Shown piece by piece: positions 1-10,494 of a stretch of DNA of 64,000 nucleotides. Below the pieces are notes generated by a model. The model saw only the letters and a list, made by a program, of their open reading frames with translations, ran no database searches and was not told the origin of the DNA. Origin of the DNA: Leptospira sp. (GTDB taxonomy: Bacteria; Spirochaetota; Leptospiria; Leptospirales; Leptospiraceae). Both the position numbers and the translations under genes were made by a program. The DNA lies in the NCBI GenBank assembly GCA_034439575.1, contig JAWXAQ010000008.1, positions 224,001-288,000 on the forward strand. Reading direction: 5' to 3'. The stretch's first letter is position 1, and each line of letters starts with the position of its first letter.

Positions 1-384
1 GTAGCGTCTAAATGTGGTTATACTCCACAATATGAAGGTCTACAAAATTTATATAACTCCTATAAGGATAGAGGTTTTGTAATCATAGGATTTCCTTCTA
101 ATGATTTTGGAGGCCAGGAACCTGGATCTGAAACGGAAATTGCCGATTTTTGTAAATTAAATTATGGTGTCACTTTTGATCTCAAAAAAAAAGTAAAAGT
201 GTTAGGTGAAGACAAAGATCCCGTTTACAAATTCCTCACAGAAAATGCTTCAGATAAAGGTGAGGTGAAATGGAATTTTGAAAAATTTTTAATAGATAAG
301 GATGGAAAGATCAGAGGAAGATTTGGTTCGGCGGTAAAACCAGAAAGTGAAGAATTAAAAAAGGCAATTGAAAGCCTACTATAA
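1..384 (+). CDS. Glutathione peroxidase (5' end outside window)
   Basis: Frame 1 from base 1 reads VASKCGYTPQY...GFPSNDFGGQEPG...KWNFEKFL, the GPx signature motifs; the ORF-track entry 199..384 is only the tail. Confidence 0.95.
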   Translation, partial: VASKCGYTPQYEGLQNLYNSYKDRGFVIIGFPSNDFGGQEPGSETEIADFCKLNYGVTFDLKKKVKVLGEDKDPVYKFLTENASDKGEVKWNFEKFLIDKDGKIRGRFGSAVKPESEELKKAIESLL

Positions 385-391
385 GAATAAA

Positions 392-1264
392 ATGATTCGT
401 TATTTTTTCACCATTATTGTTTTCAGTTTAACCACCTTACTTAATGCAGATGAGAATTCCACTGATTTAAAAATTAAAATAATAAATACCAAAACAAATT
501 CCATTGTGACATGGCAGGACCTCTTGAAAGAGATGGAAAATTTTGATGTTATGCTTTGGGGTGAAGAACATGATGATGGTATTGGTCACATTGCACAAAT
601 TGAATTTTTTAAAAAATTTTCAGACAAGTTTCCTTCCGCTTTAAGTTTAGAAATGTTGGAAAAAGACCAACAAATGCTTGTTAATGAATATTCTTCGGGA
701 TATATACCTGAAAAACAATTTTTAGAAGGGATAAGACTTTGGAAAAACTTCCAAACAGACTATTTGCCTTTGGTAAAAATTGCTAAAGAAAGTTATAGTC
801 CTATCATTTGTGCCAATCCTCCAAGACGTTATGTGAACGCCATTGCCCGAAAAGGTATCATCGCTTATATGGATTTTGGGAATGAAGCACATTATTTTTT
901 ACCCGAAGCATATACACTTGGACTTTACCAATCTGAGACTTATCTCGCCAAACTTCGTTCCATGTTTCAATCGAGTCATACCTCGGGGGCCAAAGGGATC
1001 CCAAGTCCTGAATCCATGATCCTTGCACAATATATGTGGGATCAGGGAATGGCGGAATCAGTTTCGAGAGAAAGTTTTCGATCTGGTCGGAAGATCCTTC
1101 ATATCAATGGTCGATTTCACAGTGATGAGGAAGGAGGGCTCACTTTTCGCTTAAGGAAGATGGGGCATAAAGTTTTAGTGGTTTCCGTATTTCCTGAGGG
1201 TAAGGAGGAGAATGCCAATTTTAGTAAAATAGCTGATTTTGTAATTTTAACAAACGGCCGATAA
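392..1264 (+). CDS. ChaN-family (haem-uptake/Tiki superfamily) exported protein
   Basis: Signal peptide from ATG 392; motifs GEEHD, LSLEML, AQYMWDQGMA, HINGRFH. Confidence 0.8.
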   Translation: MIRYFFTIIVFSLTTLLNADENSTDLKIKIINTKTNSIVTWQDLLKEMENFDVMLWGEEHDDGIGHIAQIEFFKKFSDKFPSALSLEMLEKDQQMLVNEYSSGYIPEKQFLEGIRLWKNFQTDYLPLVKIAKESYSPIICANPPRRYVNAIARKGIIAYMDFGNEAHYFLPEAYTLGLYQSETYLAKLRSMFQSSHTSGAKGIPSPESMILAQYMWDQGMAESVSRESFRSGRKILHINGRFHSDEEGGLTFRLRKMGHKVLVVSVFPEGKEENANFSKIADFVILTNGR

Positions 1265-1283
1265 TTATAATATCGGAATCTCT

Positions 1284-3890
1284 ATGACGGCAGAAACAAG
1301 TATACCTTCTCCAAAATACATATGCCCTCATTGCAAAAGGGCATCCCGTCTTCCGCAACCTTTACCTGAAACGGGTTTATTCCAACTAACGTGTGCACAT
1401 TGCAAAGAAAAGGTCGTCTTAAAATTTCAAAATTATAGATTTAATGTCGAACGAGTGATTCAATCTAATCTCCCGAAAGAATCAAATATATTTATATCGA
1501 CTAACGACATAATGGCGAAAAGTTCGAATTTCAAAAAGCCTTTCTTTGAGAAAAAAGTTGTCAGTGAACCAAATAAATTAAAAAGAACACTCACCGAATC
1601 TGAAAAATTAGCTAATAAGCCTAATTGGTTTTCCACAAGTAGTTCAAGTAAACAGAAACCAATTGCGAAAAGAAAATTCTCCCCAAATACATCTATATTA
1701 AAAATCGCCTTCACCACTACAGCCTTTGCTCTGTTTTTATTTATTATCGTATTTGCTTACTTCATTGCTGGGGTATATGAAATGAAAAAAGAAGTTCCAG
1801 GACTTCTAACTCAGCTAACAAAAAATATACCAACAAAAATATTAGATAGAAATGGAAGTGTAGTAAGCGAAATATTTCAAAAACGTACTTCCACATTACG
1901 TTTGCAAGATTATTCCGAAGATATGGTTTCGATTTTATTAAATATTGAGGACCAAAAGTTTTTTTATCACTCAGGCGTGGACTATATGGCGATCCTAAGA
2001 GCTTTTGGAAAAAATATTGTTAATTTTAGTTATAAACAAGGTGCATCGACAATCACACAGCAGTTAGCAAGAATTATTATTGATGATAGACGCAAGAGTA
2101 TAACGAGAAAAATACGAGAGGCGCAACTTGCTTTTGCCTTGGAAGCAACTCTTTCTAAAGAAGAAATTTTAGAAACTTATATGAATCATGTTTACTTGGG
2201 CCATGGTGCTTTTGGATTTGGTGAAGGTATTAAATTCTATTTTCATAAAAATCCTCAAGAACTCTCTCGAGAAGAAATATTGTTACTAGCTTCTCTTCCT
2301 TCTGCACCTAACAAATATTCTCCATTAAAAAATCCAGAAGATTCTTATAAGAGAGTCCGTGCGATATTAGCAATGTTTAGGAATAGGGGAATTTACCCTG
2401 GTTTACAAAAAGAAAAATTCATTTCCCTGTATCATCAATTTTCCACTAGATCACCTAACGAAACTGTGTTTGGTGTTCGTCAGGATATAGCACCTTATGT
2501 AACAGAACATATACGCGCGATACTCTCTAGCTTAGAAGTAGATAAAAATATTTATGAGAGTGGAGGATACGTCGTAGAAACTACTTTAGATCGGAATATG
2601 CAAGAAATGGTAGGACCTATGGTTCGCTCGCATCTTTCCAAAGCGGTTAAATCGGGAAAAATTCAAAGAAAACTCATTCGGAAGTTACCAGATTCACCAG
2701 AAGCCAAAGCTATCAAACAATTGTTCAGTGATACGATGATCGCAAATGAGATGTTATGGGAAGCCGACTTTGATGAGAATGAAAAAGAGAATGGTATTCA
2801 AGCGGCTGTTGTTTGCATAGAACCGAATACTGGTGAAATTTTATTTTTACATGGTGGCGAAGAATTTAATAGTAAAAATCAGTTCAATCGTGCGATTCAA
2901 ATGCGAAGACAAACGGGTAGTTCCATTAAGGCCGTGTTATATGCATCTGCTATAGATGCTGGTGCGATTCAGGCTGGAACCAAAATTTTAGATGCTCCCC
3001 TTTATTATCGTGGTGGTGGTGGCAAAGAATGGTCTCCTGATAATTTGGGTGGAACTTACGATGGAGAAATTTCATTACGAACGGCACTTATAAAATCAAA
3101 AAATACAGCCGCTGTGCAGGTTGCCGAAAAACTTGGATTTGGTGGTATTGAATCATATTTTACAAAATTCTTTTTTCCGGATAGCAGTGAAAAGAAAGCT
3201 CGTTTCCGAGGTGATTTATCCTTAGCCCTCGGAACACTTGAAATATCACCTATTGAAATGGCTTCGGCTTTTACTGCCTTTATGAACCAAGGAACTATCA
3301 AACGTCCATATCTCATCAAAAAAATTACAAATTCTAGGGGAGTCGTCATATATAAGTTAAATGAAATAGATGAATTTAGGTTAAAACTTCCAAGTGAAAG
3401 GCAAGTCATAAGGCCTGACACTGCAGAGGTGATGACGTCCTTACTAAGAGATAGTGGTCGAGCGAGTGGAGTACGTAACGGCGGATATACGGGCGAGGTC
3501 GTTGGGAAAACTGGAACAACAAATGATTATAAAGATGCTTGGTTTGTTGGCGTTCGCCCTGAATTGTCACTAGCTGTTTGGATCGGTTATGACAATCCAA
3601 AATTTGGGATGGGAAGTGGTGGACTTGGCGGGGCACTAGCGGCCCCACTATGGGGTGAGATCGTAGAAAATATAGATAAAAATCAATTGGTTGTTAAACG
3701 AAAATTTCCCACACCTACACATAGCAAGATGTTTAAAATTTGCCCAATTTCCGGAAAAGAGGCGGGACTACATTGCCCGCATCCAATCAGTGAACTTTAT
3801 TTATCCGACTATCCACCGCAAGGAATTTGTGCAGAAGATCATAAACTTCCAAATTTAGATAACAGAGAATTGATGAAGAATCTATTTTAA
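1284..3890 (+). CDS. Class A penicillin-binding protein (PBP1A-like) with N-terminal zinc ribbon
   Basis: GT51 motifs EDQKFFYHSG, GASTITQQL, RKIRE; transpeptidase SSIK, SKN, KTG; single TM; N-terminal CPHC...CAHC. Confidence 0.93.
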   Translation: MTAETSIPSPKYICPHCKRASRLPQPLPETGLFQLTCAHCKEKVVLKFQNYRFNVERVIQSNLPKESNIFISTNDIMAKSSNFKKPFFEKKVVSEPNKLKRTLTESEKLANKPNWFSTSSSSKQKPIAKRKFSPNTSILKIAFTTTAFALFLFIIVFAYFIAGVYEMKKEVPGLLTQLTKNIPTKILDRNGSVVSEIFQKRTSTLRLQDYSEDMVSILLNIEDQKFFYHSGVDYMAILRAFGKNIVNFSYKQGASTITQQLARIIIDDRRKSITRKIREAQLAFALEATLSKEEILETYMNHVYLGHGAFGFGEGIKFYFHKNPQELSREEILLLASLPSAPNKYSPLKNPEDSYKRVRAILAMFRNRGIYPGLQKEKFISLYHQFSTRSPNETVFGVRQDIAPYVTEHIRAILSSLEVDKNIYESGGYVVETTLDRNMQEMVGPMVRSHLSKAVKSGKIQRKLIRKLPDSPEAKAIKQLFSDTMIANEMLWEADFDENEKENGIQAAVVCIEPNTGEILFLHGGEEFNSKNQFNRAIQMRRQTGSSIKAVLYASAIDAGAIQAGTKILDAPLYYRGGGGKEWSPDNLGGTYDGEISLRTALIKSKNTAAVQVAEKLGFGGIESYFTKFFFPDSSEKKARFRGDLSLALGTLEISPIEMASAFTAFMNQGTIKRPYLIKKITNSRGVVIYKLNEIDEFRLKLPSERQVIRPDTAEVMTSLLRDSGRASGVRNGGYTGEVVGKTGTTNDYKDAWFVGVRPELSLAVWIGYDNPKFGMGSGGLGGALAAPLWGEIVENIDKNQLVVKRKFPTPTHSKMFKICPISGKEAGLHCPHPISELYLSDYPPQGICAEDHKLPNLDNRELMKNLF

Positions 3891-4855
3891 TGAAAACTTA
3901 TACATATATATTAATATTTCTATCTTTATCATTTCTGAATTTTTCTTTGGGGGCAGATACAAATAAATACAAACAAGCATATGAAATGGAATCTAAGAGC
4001 ACACTTTTTGCAATTCCTCTCTATGAACAATCAATACAATCATCAAACTCAAAATCCTTACAAAAGGCGGCTGTGACAAGATTATTTTATCTTTATAAAA
4101 AACATAACAAGGTCATTGAAGCCTTGTTACTTGGAACGCGTTATTCATCCATTGTTTCTTCGAAAGATAAATCCGGAATATGGAAATCTGTTTCAGAAAT
4201 TTATAAACCTTTAACTTATACACAACTTACGAATGCATACACTGTAGCCATTCGAACAAATTCAGAAAATTACCTTGAGTTAATCAATATCATAAGAGAG
4301 TCCAAGGAACCAAAATTATTTGAATTTGTTTTTATTATTCTATATAAACGAAAACAATTTGAGCTCCTGAACCAAATTTTTAACGAAGACCATTCTATTT
4401 CTAGTTCACCATTATACCAAGGAATCATCTCAATCAAGTTAAATGCTGAAAAAGGAAAAGAATATTTAAATTCCATTGGACATGAAATGGAAAAAGATGA
4501 CGCTACCTCTTCGGATTTGTTATATCTTATGGGTCAATACTATCGTGCCTTAGGTGACTTTGCCATGTCTGCTCGTTACTTTAGAATGAGTTCATCATAT
4601 CATTGGCAAGAAAGGGGTAAAATCGAATCGGCAAAATCTTTAGTTTTAGATGGAAATTTTGGGGAAGTTTGCCAAACATTTAATTTTTCATCCTCACCTA
4701 ATGAAGAAGTTTCACAAATATTTTATTTAATTTGTAACAAAAAAGATAAAACATTTTTACGTGAAATTAAACCCAGCATTAAAGCATTAGGTGCGAAAGA
4801 TGGTGGAGAATTTTTCCAGAAAGTAAGCATTGCCCTTGAAAAGTGGGAAGGGTGA
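3890..4855 (+). CDS. Exported hypothetical protein, TPR-like helical
   Basis: 321-aa ORF coupled to the PBP stop (TAATG); signal peptide; TPR-like segment LLYLMGQYYRALGDFAMSARYF. Confidence 0.65.
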   Translation: MKTYTYILIFLSLSFLNFSLGADTNKYKQAYEMESKSTLFAIPLYEQSIQSSNSKSLQKAAVTRLFYLYKKHNKVIEALLLGTRYSSIVSSKDKSGIWKSVSEIYKPLTYTQLTNAYTVAIRTNSENYLELINIIRESKEPKLFEFVFIILYKRKQFELLNQIFNEDHSISSSPLYQGIISIKLNAEKGKEYLNSIGHEMEKDDATSSDLLYLMGQYYRALGDFAMSARYFRMSSSYHWQERGKIESAKSLVLDGNFGEVCQTFNFSSSPNEEVSQIFYLICNKKDKTFLREIKPSIKALGAKDGGEFFQKVSIALEKWEG

Positions 4856-4861
4856 CAAAAT

Positions 4862-5314
4862 ATGAAATTATTTAAAATCTCATTAATCTATTTATTGTTT
4901 ATCGGATCCACTTTTTCCGAAACAAAACTATTATCTTTAGTCGAAGCGGATAGAGTTCTGACTTTTTCTGAGAATGTAACAGATGATTTGTTCCTATGTC
5001 AAATGGAACCAAAAAAGAAATTTGGAAAAAATCCAGCTATCAATACGGAATGTTTTTCCTTGAAGGAAGAATCTTTAAAGAATGTTTTGGCTACGATCCT
5101 ACAGGTAGAAAAATCCGAAGAATTTATGTTAGGTTTTTATTCTCCCGATGGAAAACAATTGTTTCCTTCTTGGGAAGAAAATACCCATTTATATAGTTTG
5201 GTTTCCTTTGTCGTACGTCCAAATTCCAATTTATTTGTACAAGCACTTAAAAAAGAAAATAAGGCCTACTATTTTTGGCGAACAAAAAGTGCAGATTGGA
5301 ATTTATTTAAATAA
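4862..5314 (+). CDS. Exported hypothetical protein
   Basis: 150-aa ORF with signal peptide, in operon position. Confidence 0.6.
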   Translation: MKLFKISLIYLLFIGSTFSETKLLSLVEADRVLTFSENVTDDLFLCQMEPKKKFGKNPAINTECFSLKEESLKNVLATILQVEKSEEFMLGFYSPDGKQLFPSWEENTHLYSLVSFVVRPNSNLFVQALKKENKAYYFWRTKSADWNLFK

Positions 5315-5355
5315 AAATATCGACGGAACCTTTGTTATTTTTATAGAATTGCCAA

Positions 5356-5784
5356 ATGCCCACTCTAACATTTAAAAAACCGAAAACGAATCCTATACAA
5401 ACGGATATTGATGTTACTAATTTTTTATCTTCCCACAAACATCCTTTGAAGGCAGTAATCGAAGAAATTCGCGATTTGATATTAAAAACTGATAAATCAA
5501 TTACTGAACATATTAAATGGAATGCGCCAAGCTTTTGTTATTTGGGTGACGATAGGATCACATTTCGATTGGATAAATCTGAGAATATTCAGCTTATTTT
5601 CCATACGGGTGCAAAAGGTAAGGATACCAAAACAAATCAGTATTTATTTGAAGATGAAACTAGATTGTTGGTTTGGTTGGCCGATAAAAGAGCCGTTGTT
5701 ACTTTTGTAAGTTTTGAAGATTATATGAAGAAAAAAACTAAATTCAAAAAAATAGTAAAGCGTTGGTTAGCTGAGACAATGTAG
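5356..5784 (+). CDS. DUF1801/YdhG-like protein
   Basis: IRDLIL...EHIKWNAPSF...LIFHTGA pattern. Confidence 0.85.
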   Translation: MPTLTFKKPKTNPIQTDIDVTNFLSSHKHPLKAVIEEIRDLILKTDKSITEHIKWNAPSFCYLGDDRITFRLDKSENIQLIFHTGAKGKDTKTNQYLFEDETRLLVWLADKRAVVTFVSFEDYMKKKTKFKKIVKRWLAETM

Positions 5785-5787
5785 GAA

Positions 5788-6249
5788 TTGAGAATGAAAA
5801 AATTAAATTTAAATATCCATATAAATGCTGGCTTAGAAAAAGTTTGGAATACGATCATCGGAGATAAAACTTATAGAGAATGGTCTGCTTCATTTTCTGC
5901 TGGATCATATTTTAAAGGGGATTGGACTAAAGGTTCTAAAATTCTTTTTTTGGGTCCAGATCCTAACACAGGTGAAGAGGGAGGTATGTTGAGTGAGATA
6001 GCAGATAATATTTTGTATAAATATATTTCCATCAAACATAATGGAGTGATCCATAATAACATTGAAGATACAACAAGTGAAGAAGTTAAAAAATGGGCTC
6101 CGAGTTATGAGAATTATTCTTTTGCAGAAAAAGACGGCGGAACTTTATTCACCCTAGATATGGATGCTATGGATGAATATTATGATTATTTTTTAGAAGC
6201 TTGGCCAAAAGCATTAGAGAAAATAAAAGAAATCGCAGAAAGAGGATAA
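5788..6249 (+). CDS. SRPBCC/AHSA1-like domain protein
   Basis: INAGLEKVW...YREW...GDWTKGS...WPKALEKIK; start may be ATG 5794. Confidence 0.85.
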   Translation: MRMKKLNLNIHINAGLEKVWNTIIGDKTYREWSASFSAGSYFKGDWTKGSKILFLGPDPNTGEEGGMLSEIADNILYKYISIKHNGVIHNNIEDTTSEEVKKWAPSYENYSFAEKDGGTLFTLDMDAMDEYYDYFLEAWPKALEKIKEIAERG

Positions 6250-6298
6250 AAGTTATCTGGATTTGAAATGTAAATTTATCTTAATGTAATGGATCATT

Positions 6299-7321
6299 TC
6301 ATTTGATCACTTCGATGTCTCTAACTTCTGGCTTGAGGAAGAAGAACTTGAGCGAAAACTTTTCTCCAAGTTTGAATTCATTTATGCCACAGGAAATAGA
6401 TTTAACATTTGTTTCAGTTCGACAAAGGGATACCTCATCTTTCAGTTCTATCCAATCAGAAGATTCGGTTCGCGATTCGGGTTTAAAGTAGATATTACTC
6501 TCCGTTAGTTGTTCTCGACTAGAATTTTGTGTCCGAAAGTAGGTAGGCAATGATGCCATATCATATCGTACATTGGGCTGATTCACTTCAAAGTGTAAAT
6601 GCGGGCCTTGTGAATAACCAGTATTTCCTGAATAACCAAGAAGTTGGCTTACCGAAATCTTATCTCCTAACTTCACCACTACGCCATTGAAATCTAGATG
6701 AACATAATTGCCAATTGTGCCATCATCATGAAGTATTGATACAAGATTTGCCTTCGATGCTAGATCTTGTCTTGTTCCACCTTCAGTATAACGATCTTCA
6801 ATGGCAACCACATAACCTTCTCTTGCTGCAAGTACCGGAGTTCTCATGGGAAGAGAAAAATCTAATGCATACGCCGACGAACCATGATGAGTAAAGTTAC
6901 CATTATATCCTTGTCCAATACGAAAACTTTTTCCGACTTCAAAGGGCAATTCATATATTACAGAATCATTATGCACAGCATTGACATCACCCAGTCTAGC
7001 TTTGTATGAATAAGAAAAATAACGATACGCGGACTTGTCTAATATCTTAAAAGAAACAAACGCTTGTTCCTCGGCTCCTCGAACAATCATAGAGTGAGGT
7101 AATTTTTCCGAAGATTCGTAATTTTTAATCTCTGCCAAAAATTGGATAGAGTTCTTTGACCAAGGTCTTCCGTCGAGATTACGAACTCTAAATTCCTTAC
7201 CATCATCCGTCGCAATTGAAATAAGACAAATCGCCTTTGACCTACAATCCTCTTTTCGCGTTTCTGCAAATAAAGCTGTAGTCAGACAAATTAAGAATAA
7301 TATAAGAAAATTCTGTTTCAT
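6299..7321 (-). CDS. M23-family metallopeptidase, exported
   Basis: Signal peptide; THHGSSAYALDF, YVHL, GYSGNTGYSQGPHLHFEV. Confidence 0.92.
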   Translation of the reverse strand: MKQNFLILFLICLTTALFAETRKEDCRSKAICLISIATDDGKEFRVRNLDGRPWSKNSIQFLAEIKNYESSEKLPHSMIVRGAEEQAFVSFKILDKSAYRYFSYSYKARLGDVNAVHNDSVIYELPFEVGKSFRIGQGYNGNFTHHGSSAYALDFSLPMRTPVLAAREGYVVAIEDRYTEGGTRQDLASKANLVSILHDDGTIGNYVHLDFNGVVVKLGDKISVSQLLGYSGNTGYSQGPHLHFEVNQPNVRYDMASLPTYFRTQNSSREQLTESNIYFKPESRTESSDWIELKDEVSLCRTETNVKSISCGINEFKLGEKFSLKFFFLKPEVRDIEVIK

Positions 7322-7405
7322 GGCTTTTGTCTCCTTGGTCTAAATAAGTTATCTTATTCTATTCAATCGACAAAAAGTGAAATTTATTGAATGATTAGTG
7401 CAGAG

Positions 7406-7523
7406 GCAAACCTTGTTCCCATCTCGGGGCTGTCTCACCTCCGTGTTCGAATGCCCCCGCTTCGCCGTCCTGGCTTCGCTACCGATGGAAACAAGGTTTG
7501 CTAGTCCGGGGAAAGATCGAATA
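7406..7523 (+). repeat. Structured repeat element A, copy 1 (96-bp core 7406-7501 plus conserved tail GAAAGATCGAATA)
   Basis: 18-bp imperfect terminal inverted repeats GCAAACCTTGTTCCCATC / GATGGAAACAAGGTTTGC; internal GGGGC/GCCCC stem; homologous to copies at 8024, 8308 and 10517. Confidence 0.93.
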
Positions 7524-7551
7524 ACAACATCTATATGTCGGTAAAAAAGTT

Positions 7552-7987
<436 letters not shown>

Positions 7988-7990
7988 TGT

Positions 7991-8019
7991 GCAAACCTTG
8001 TTCCCATCTCGGGGCTGTC
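7991..8019 (+). repeat. Truncated element A (left 29 bp)
   Basis: Identical to 7406-7434, and followed 4 bp later by a full copy. Confidence 0.9.
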
Positions 8020-8023
8020 GATT

Positions 8024-8143
8024 GCAAACCTCGTTCCCATCTCCCTTCCCTCTCACCTCCGTGCTCGAAGGAAGGACTACGACATCCATGTCTCCGTTAC
8101 CGATGGAAACAAGGTTTGCTTGGCCGGGGAGAAAGATCGAATA
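8024..8143 (+). repeat. Structured repeat element A, copy 2 (variant type; core 8024-8119 plus tail)
   Basis: Same TIRs; internal CCTTCC/GGAAGG stem and GACATCCATGTC hairpin; tail GAAAGATCGAATA. Confidence 0.93.
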
Positions 8144-8210
8144 ACTATATCTTTACTATTAGCTAGGGCACCTCGGATGTGTTATATGGATCTACATTTA
8201 GTTCGATGAC

Positions 8211-8297
8211 CCGATCCCGCTCTCCGCTTCAATCTTTCGCATAACTTTATAAAAGTTGGATTTGTTCACAAAGCGAAAGGATTTACGCTGTGATCGG
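8211..8297 (+). repeat. Structured repeat element B (REP-like)
   Basis: CCGATC...GATCGG and AATCTTTCGC...GCGAAAGGATT nested stems; homologous to the reverse complement of about 10372-10425. Confidence 0.75.
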
Positions 8298-8307
8298 TGG
8301 TGCAGTG

Positions 8308-8403
8308 GCAAACTTTGTTCCCATCTCCCTTCCCTCTCACCTCCGTGTTCGAAGGAAGGACTACGACATCCATGTCTCCGTTACCGATGGAAACAAGGTT
8401 TGC
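8308..8403 (+). repeat. Structured repeat element A, copy 3 (variant type)
   Basis: 96 bp, nearly identical to 8024-8119. Confidence 0.93.
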
Positions 8404-9176
8404 AGAATATAATAAATGATTTAGCAACAGAATTAAAAGGACTAAATGTGTAGATTCTGAAAAGTTCTGCAAAAATTAGTTTATTAGAAAGGCAGATTAA
8501 GGATAGCAGTGCTCGTGATATTGGAATCATCATCCTAGGAACGGAACGTCTAAATCAGCATTCCGATTATGGTGAAAAAGTGATTGTTGTTTCTGATAAA
8601 AAAGTAAATCTACCGGCTGGGCATTTGGATTCCAATTTAGGGAAGTATGTCTATGTCCAAGACGGAGGCAATACTTGTCAGTCCTATACGCTCTTGGGTC
8701 AGATGGTACTAGAGGGAGTTAAATTTCGAGACAATATAGATGCAGGAAGAAAACTTATACACGAATTGACGAGACTGCAATACCAAATGGGAGAAACGGG
8801 AAATATGTCAACGAATACTATCAATGCATACAATAAAAGCCTTTCTGATTTTGGACCGAAGGCGACTAACATCATGGATAAGGAAAGTATCAAAACGACA
8901 GAAGATAAGCGTAATGCGATCAAAGAACAACTGCAAAAAGGCAAGATTGTGAATTCGGGAATGTTTTTGGATGCATCGCCTGCAGAACCAAAATATGATA
9001 AAGATGGTAAGAAATTAGAGCCTAACAAAGGTCATAGAGTAAATATTGTAGGGTTTGATGATGTGAAAGGAGAATGGATCGTAAACGATTCGAATAAAGA
9101 AGGAGAACTCACACGCTATCCGTATGGCGATTATGAGCTTATGAATCGGTGGTCTACTGTCTTGGAGAAAAAGTAA
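8404..9176 (+). pseudogene. 5'-truncated papain-like (C39-like) peptidase domain, probable orphan polymorphic-toxin C-terminus (ORF-track 8580..9176)
   Basis: QDGGNTCQSY (Cys), GHRVNIVGFD (His), WIVNDS (Asp). The frame is open from 8454 with no start until GTG 8580, has an in-frame TAG at 8451-8453, and abuts repeat copy 3. Confidence 0.6.
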
Positions 9177-9971
9177 ATGATAAAAATAATTCTTTTGCTG
9201 TTAATGTCATTATCAATTTTTGCTGATGAAAAAAAAGAACTATCAGATTTAGTAAATAAGATAGAGAAATACAATGAAGCATTCATAAGTGGCCCAATGA
9301 TAATAAGCGAGAGCGATGAAGTCGTGCGATCGGTAAACTATTACATAAAGGAAGGAGATTTTAAGGATTTAATAAAGCTTAAGGAGAGGTCTGAAATAAT
9401 CGAAAAATGGGGTGATCGGCGGCGATGGTTCGTGAGCAAATGGCAGGGCAAAGAACCAGCGATCTACGTGTCTGCTGATTATGTTCCTGCATTTTATAAT
9501 AATGCCATTCAAAAAAATCAAAAACCAACTACCGACTTAAAGGATCATTTTGATTTTTACTTCAAAAATTATTGCGAATTTGACGGCAGTATTGACACAC
9601 GTTATGCGCGAATTAAAAAGATGAGACTGACCTATTACGATGCGCCATATACAGCAGTTAACAATATGATGAATTTCAAAGTCGTAAGTAAATTTAAAAA
9701 AATTGCAAGCTATGATATCGACCTCAAAAATGATGATAAGGTCATCAATGCGATGCAATCTTTTTATCCAATCAAACCGACTACTTTATTTGGTAATATT
9801 TTTGCCATTCAATTGAAAGTGTTAGAAGTCTATCCTGGAGAAAAGAATATGCCCCTGTGCACTTCCGATTATTATATGGGACGCAAAGGTTTAGGTAGTT
9901 ACGAACAAATCTTAGGTGAGATTGATGAACTTCCTGAGTTGAAAGGGAAGAGGAATCCATATTGGAAATAG
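9177..9971 (+). CDS. Exported hypothetical protein, candidate immunity protein
   Basis: ATG directly follows the upstream TAA (TAAATG); signal peptide MIKIILLLLMSLSIFA; no recognisable family. Confidence 0.65.
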   Translation: MIKIILLLLMSLSIFADEKKELSDLVNKIEKYNEAFISGPMIISESDEVVRSVNYYIKEGDFKDLIKLKERSEIIEKWGDRRRWFVSKWQGKEPAIYVSADYVPAFYNNAIQKNQKPTTDLKDHFDFYFKNYCEFDGSIDTRYARIKKMRLTYYDAPYTAVNNMMNFKVVSKFKKIASYDIDLKNDDKVINAMQSFYPIKPTTLFGNIFAIQLKVLEVYPGEKNMPLCTSDYYMGRKGLGSYEQILGEIDELPELKGKRNPYWK

Positions 9972-10350
9972 CTGAGCCTCGCAAAAACTACAATCGTGAA
10001 CACTTTGTTCGTTCAGATAGAATTTTTCGCGAGATATGAAATCCTTCTCCAGAAGCAGATACTCATCTGCAAAACTTAGATTAATATTTAATTAAGCAGC
10101 TCACAAGTGTAAGTGAGATAAAGTTCACAGATAACAGGGCGAGAGACAAATTTATAATCTATTTGCAAGTGTTTAACGCAATAAGATAAAACGCCGCCAG
10201 TGATAAATCCGCAACGACATTACGAGCGAGGATAAAAGCAAATTAATGGTTTGACAAGGTGAGTGAGCAATACGAATCAAATATTAGTAAAACATAAAGT
10301 TATAAATAATTTAATCTACTAGCGATTCGTGTAGAAGAAAAGAACGAGTA

Positions 10351-10425
10351 GGGAACAAGGTTGCTCGCACCAGCGATAGCAGCGGAAATCCTTTGCGAAG
10401 CAAAGATTGGAGCGTATAGCGCAGT
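10351..10425 (-). repeat. Element B plus 14-bp remnant of element A left end (inverted)
   Basis: Reverse complement CGCTATACGCTCCAATCTTT...AAGGATTTCCGCTGCTATCGCTGGTGCGAGCAACCTTGTTCCC aligns with 8218-8322. Confidence 0.75.
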
Positions 10426-10494
10426 CGTTTTTCACGATTAAGTCTCTACCAACTAACATATCCAATGTGCCCACCTCGCTCTAACCAATCCGCC

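Noticed and set aside
7406-7501. Self-cleaving ribozyme interpretation
   Set aside because: No hammerhead CUGANGA/GAAA core on either strand and no convincing HDV-like pseudoknot by eye; an Rfam scan is needed to exclude this fully
9972-10350. Possible sRNA or gene remnant in the long intergenic stretch
   Set aside because: Only short hairpins (e.g. GCAGAT-ACTC-ATCTGC) were seen; no recognisable coding remnant or RNA motif
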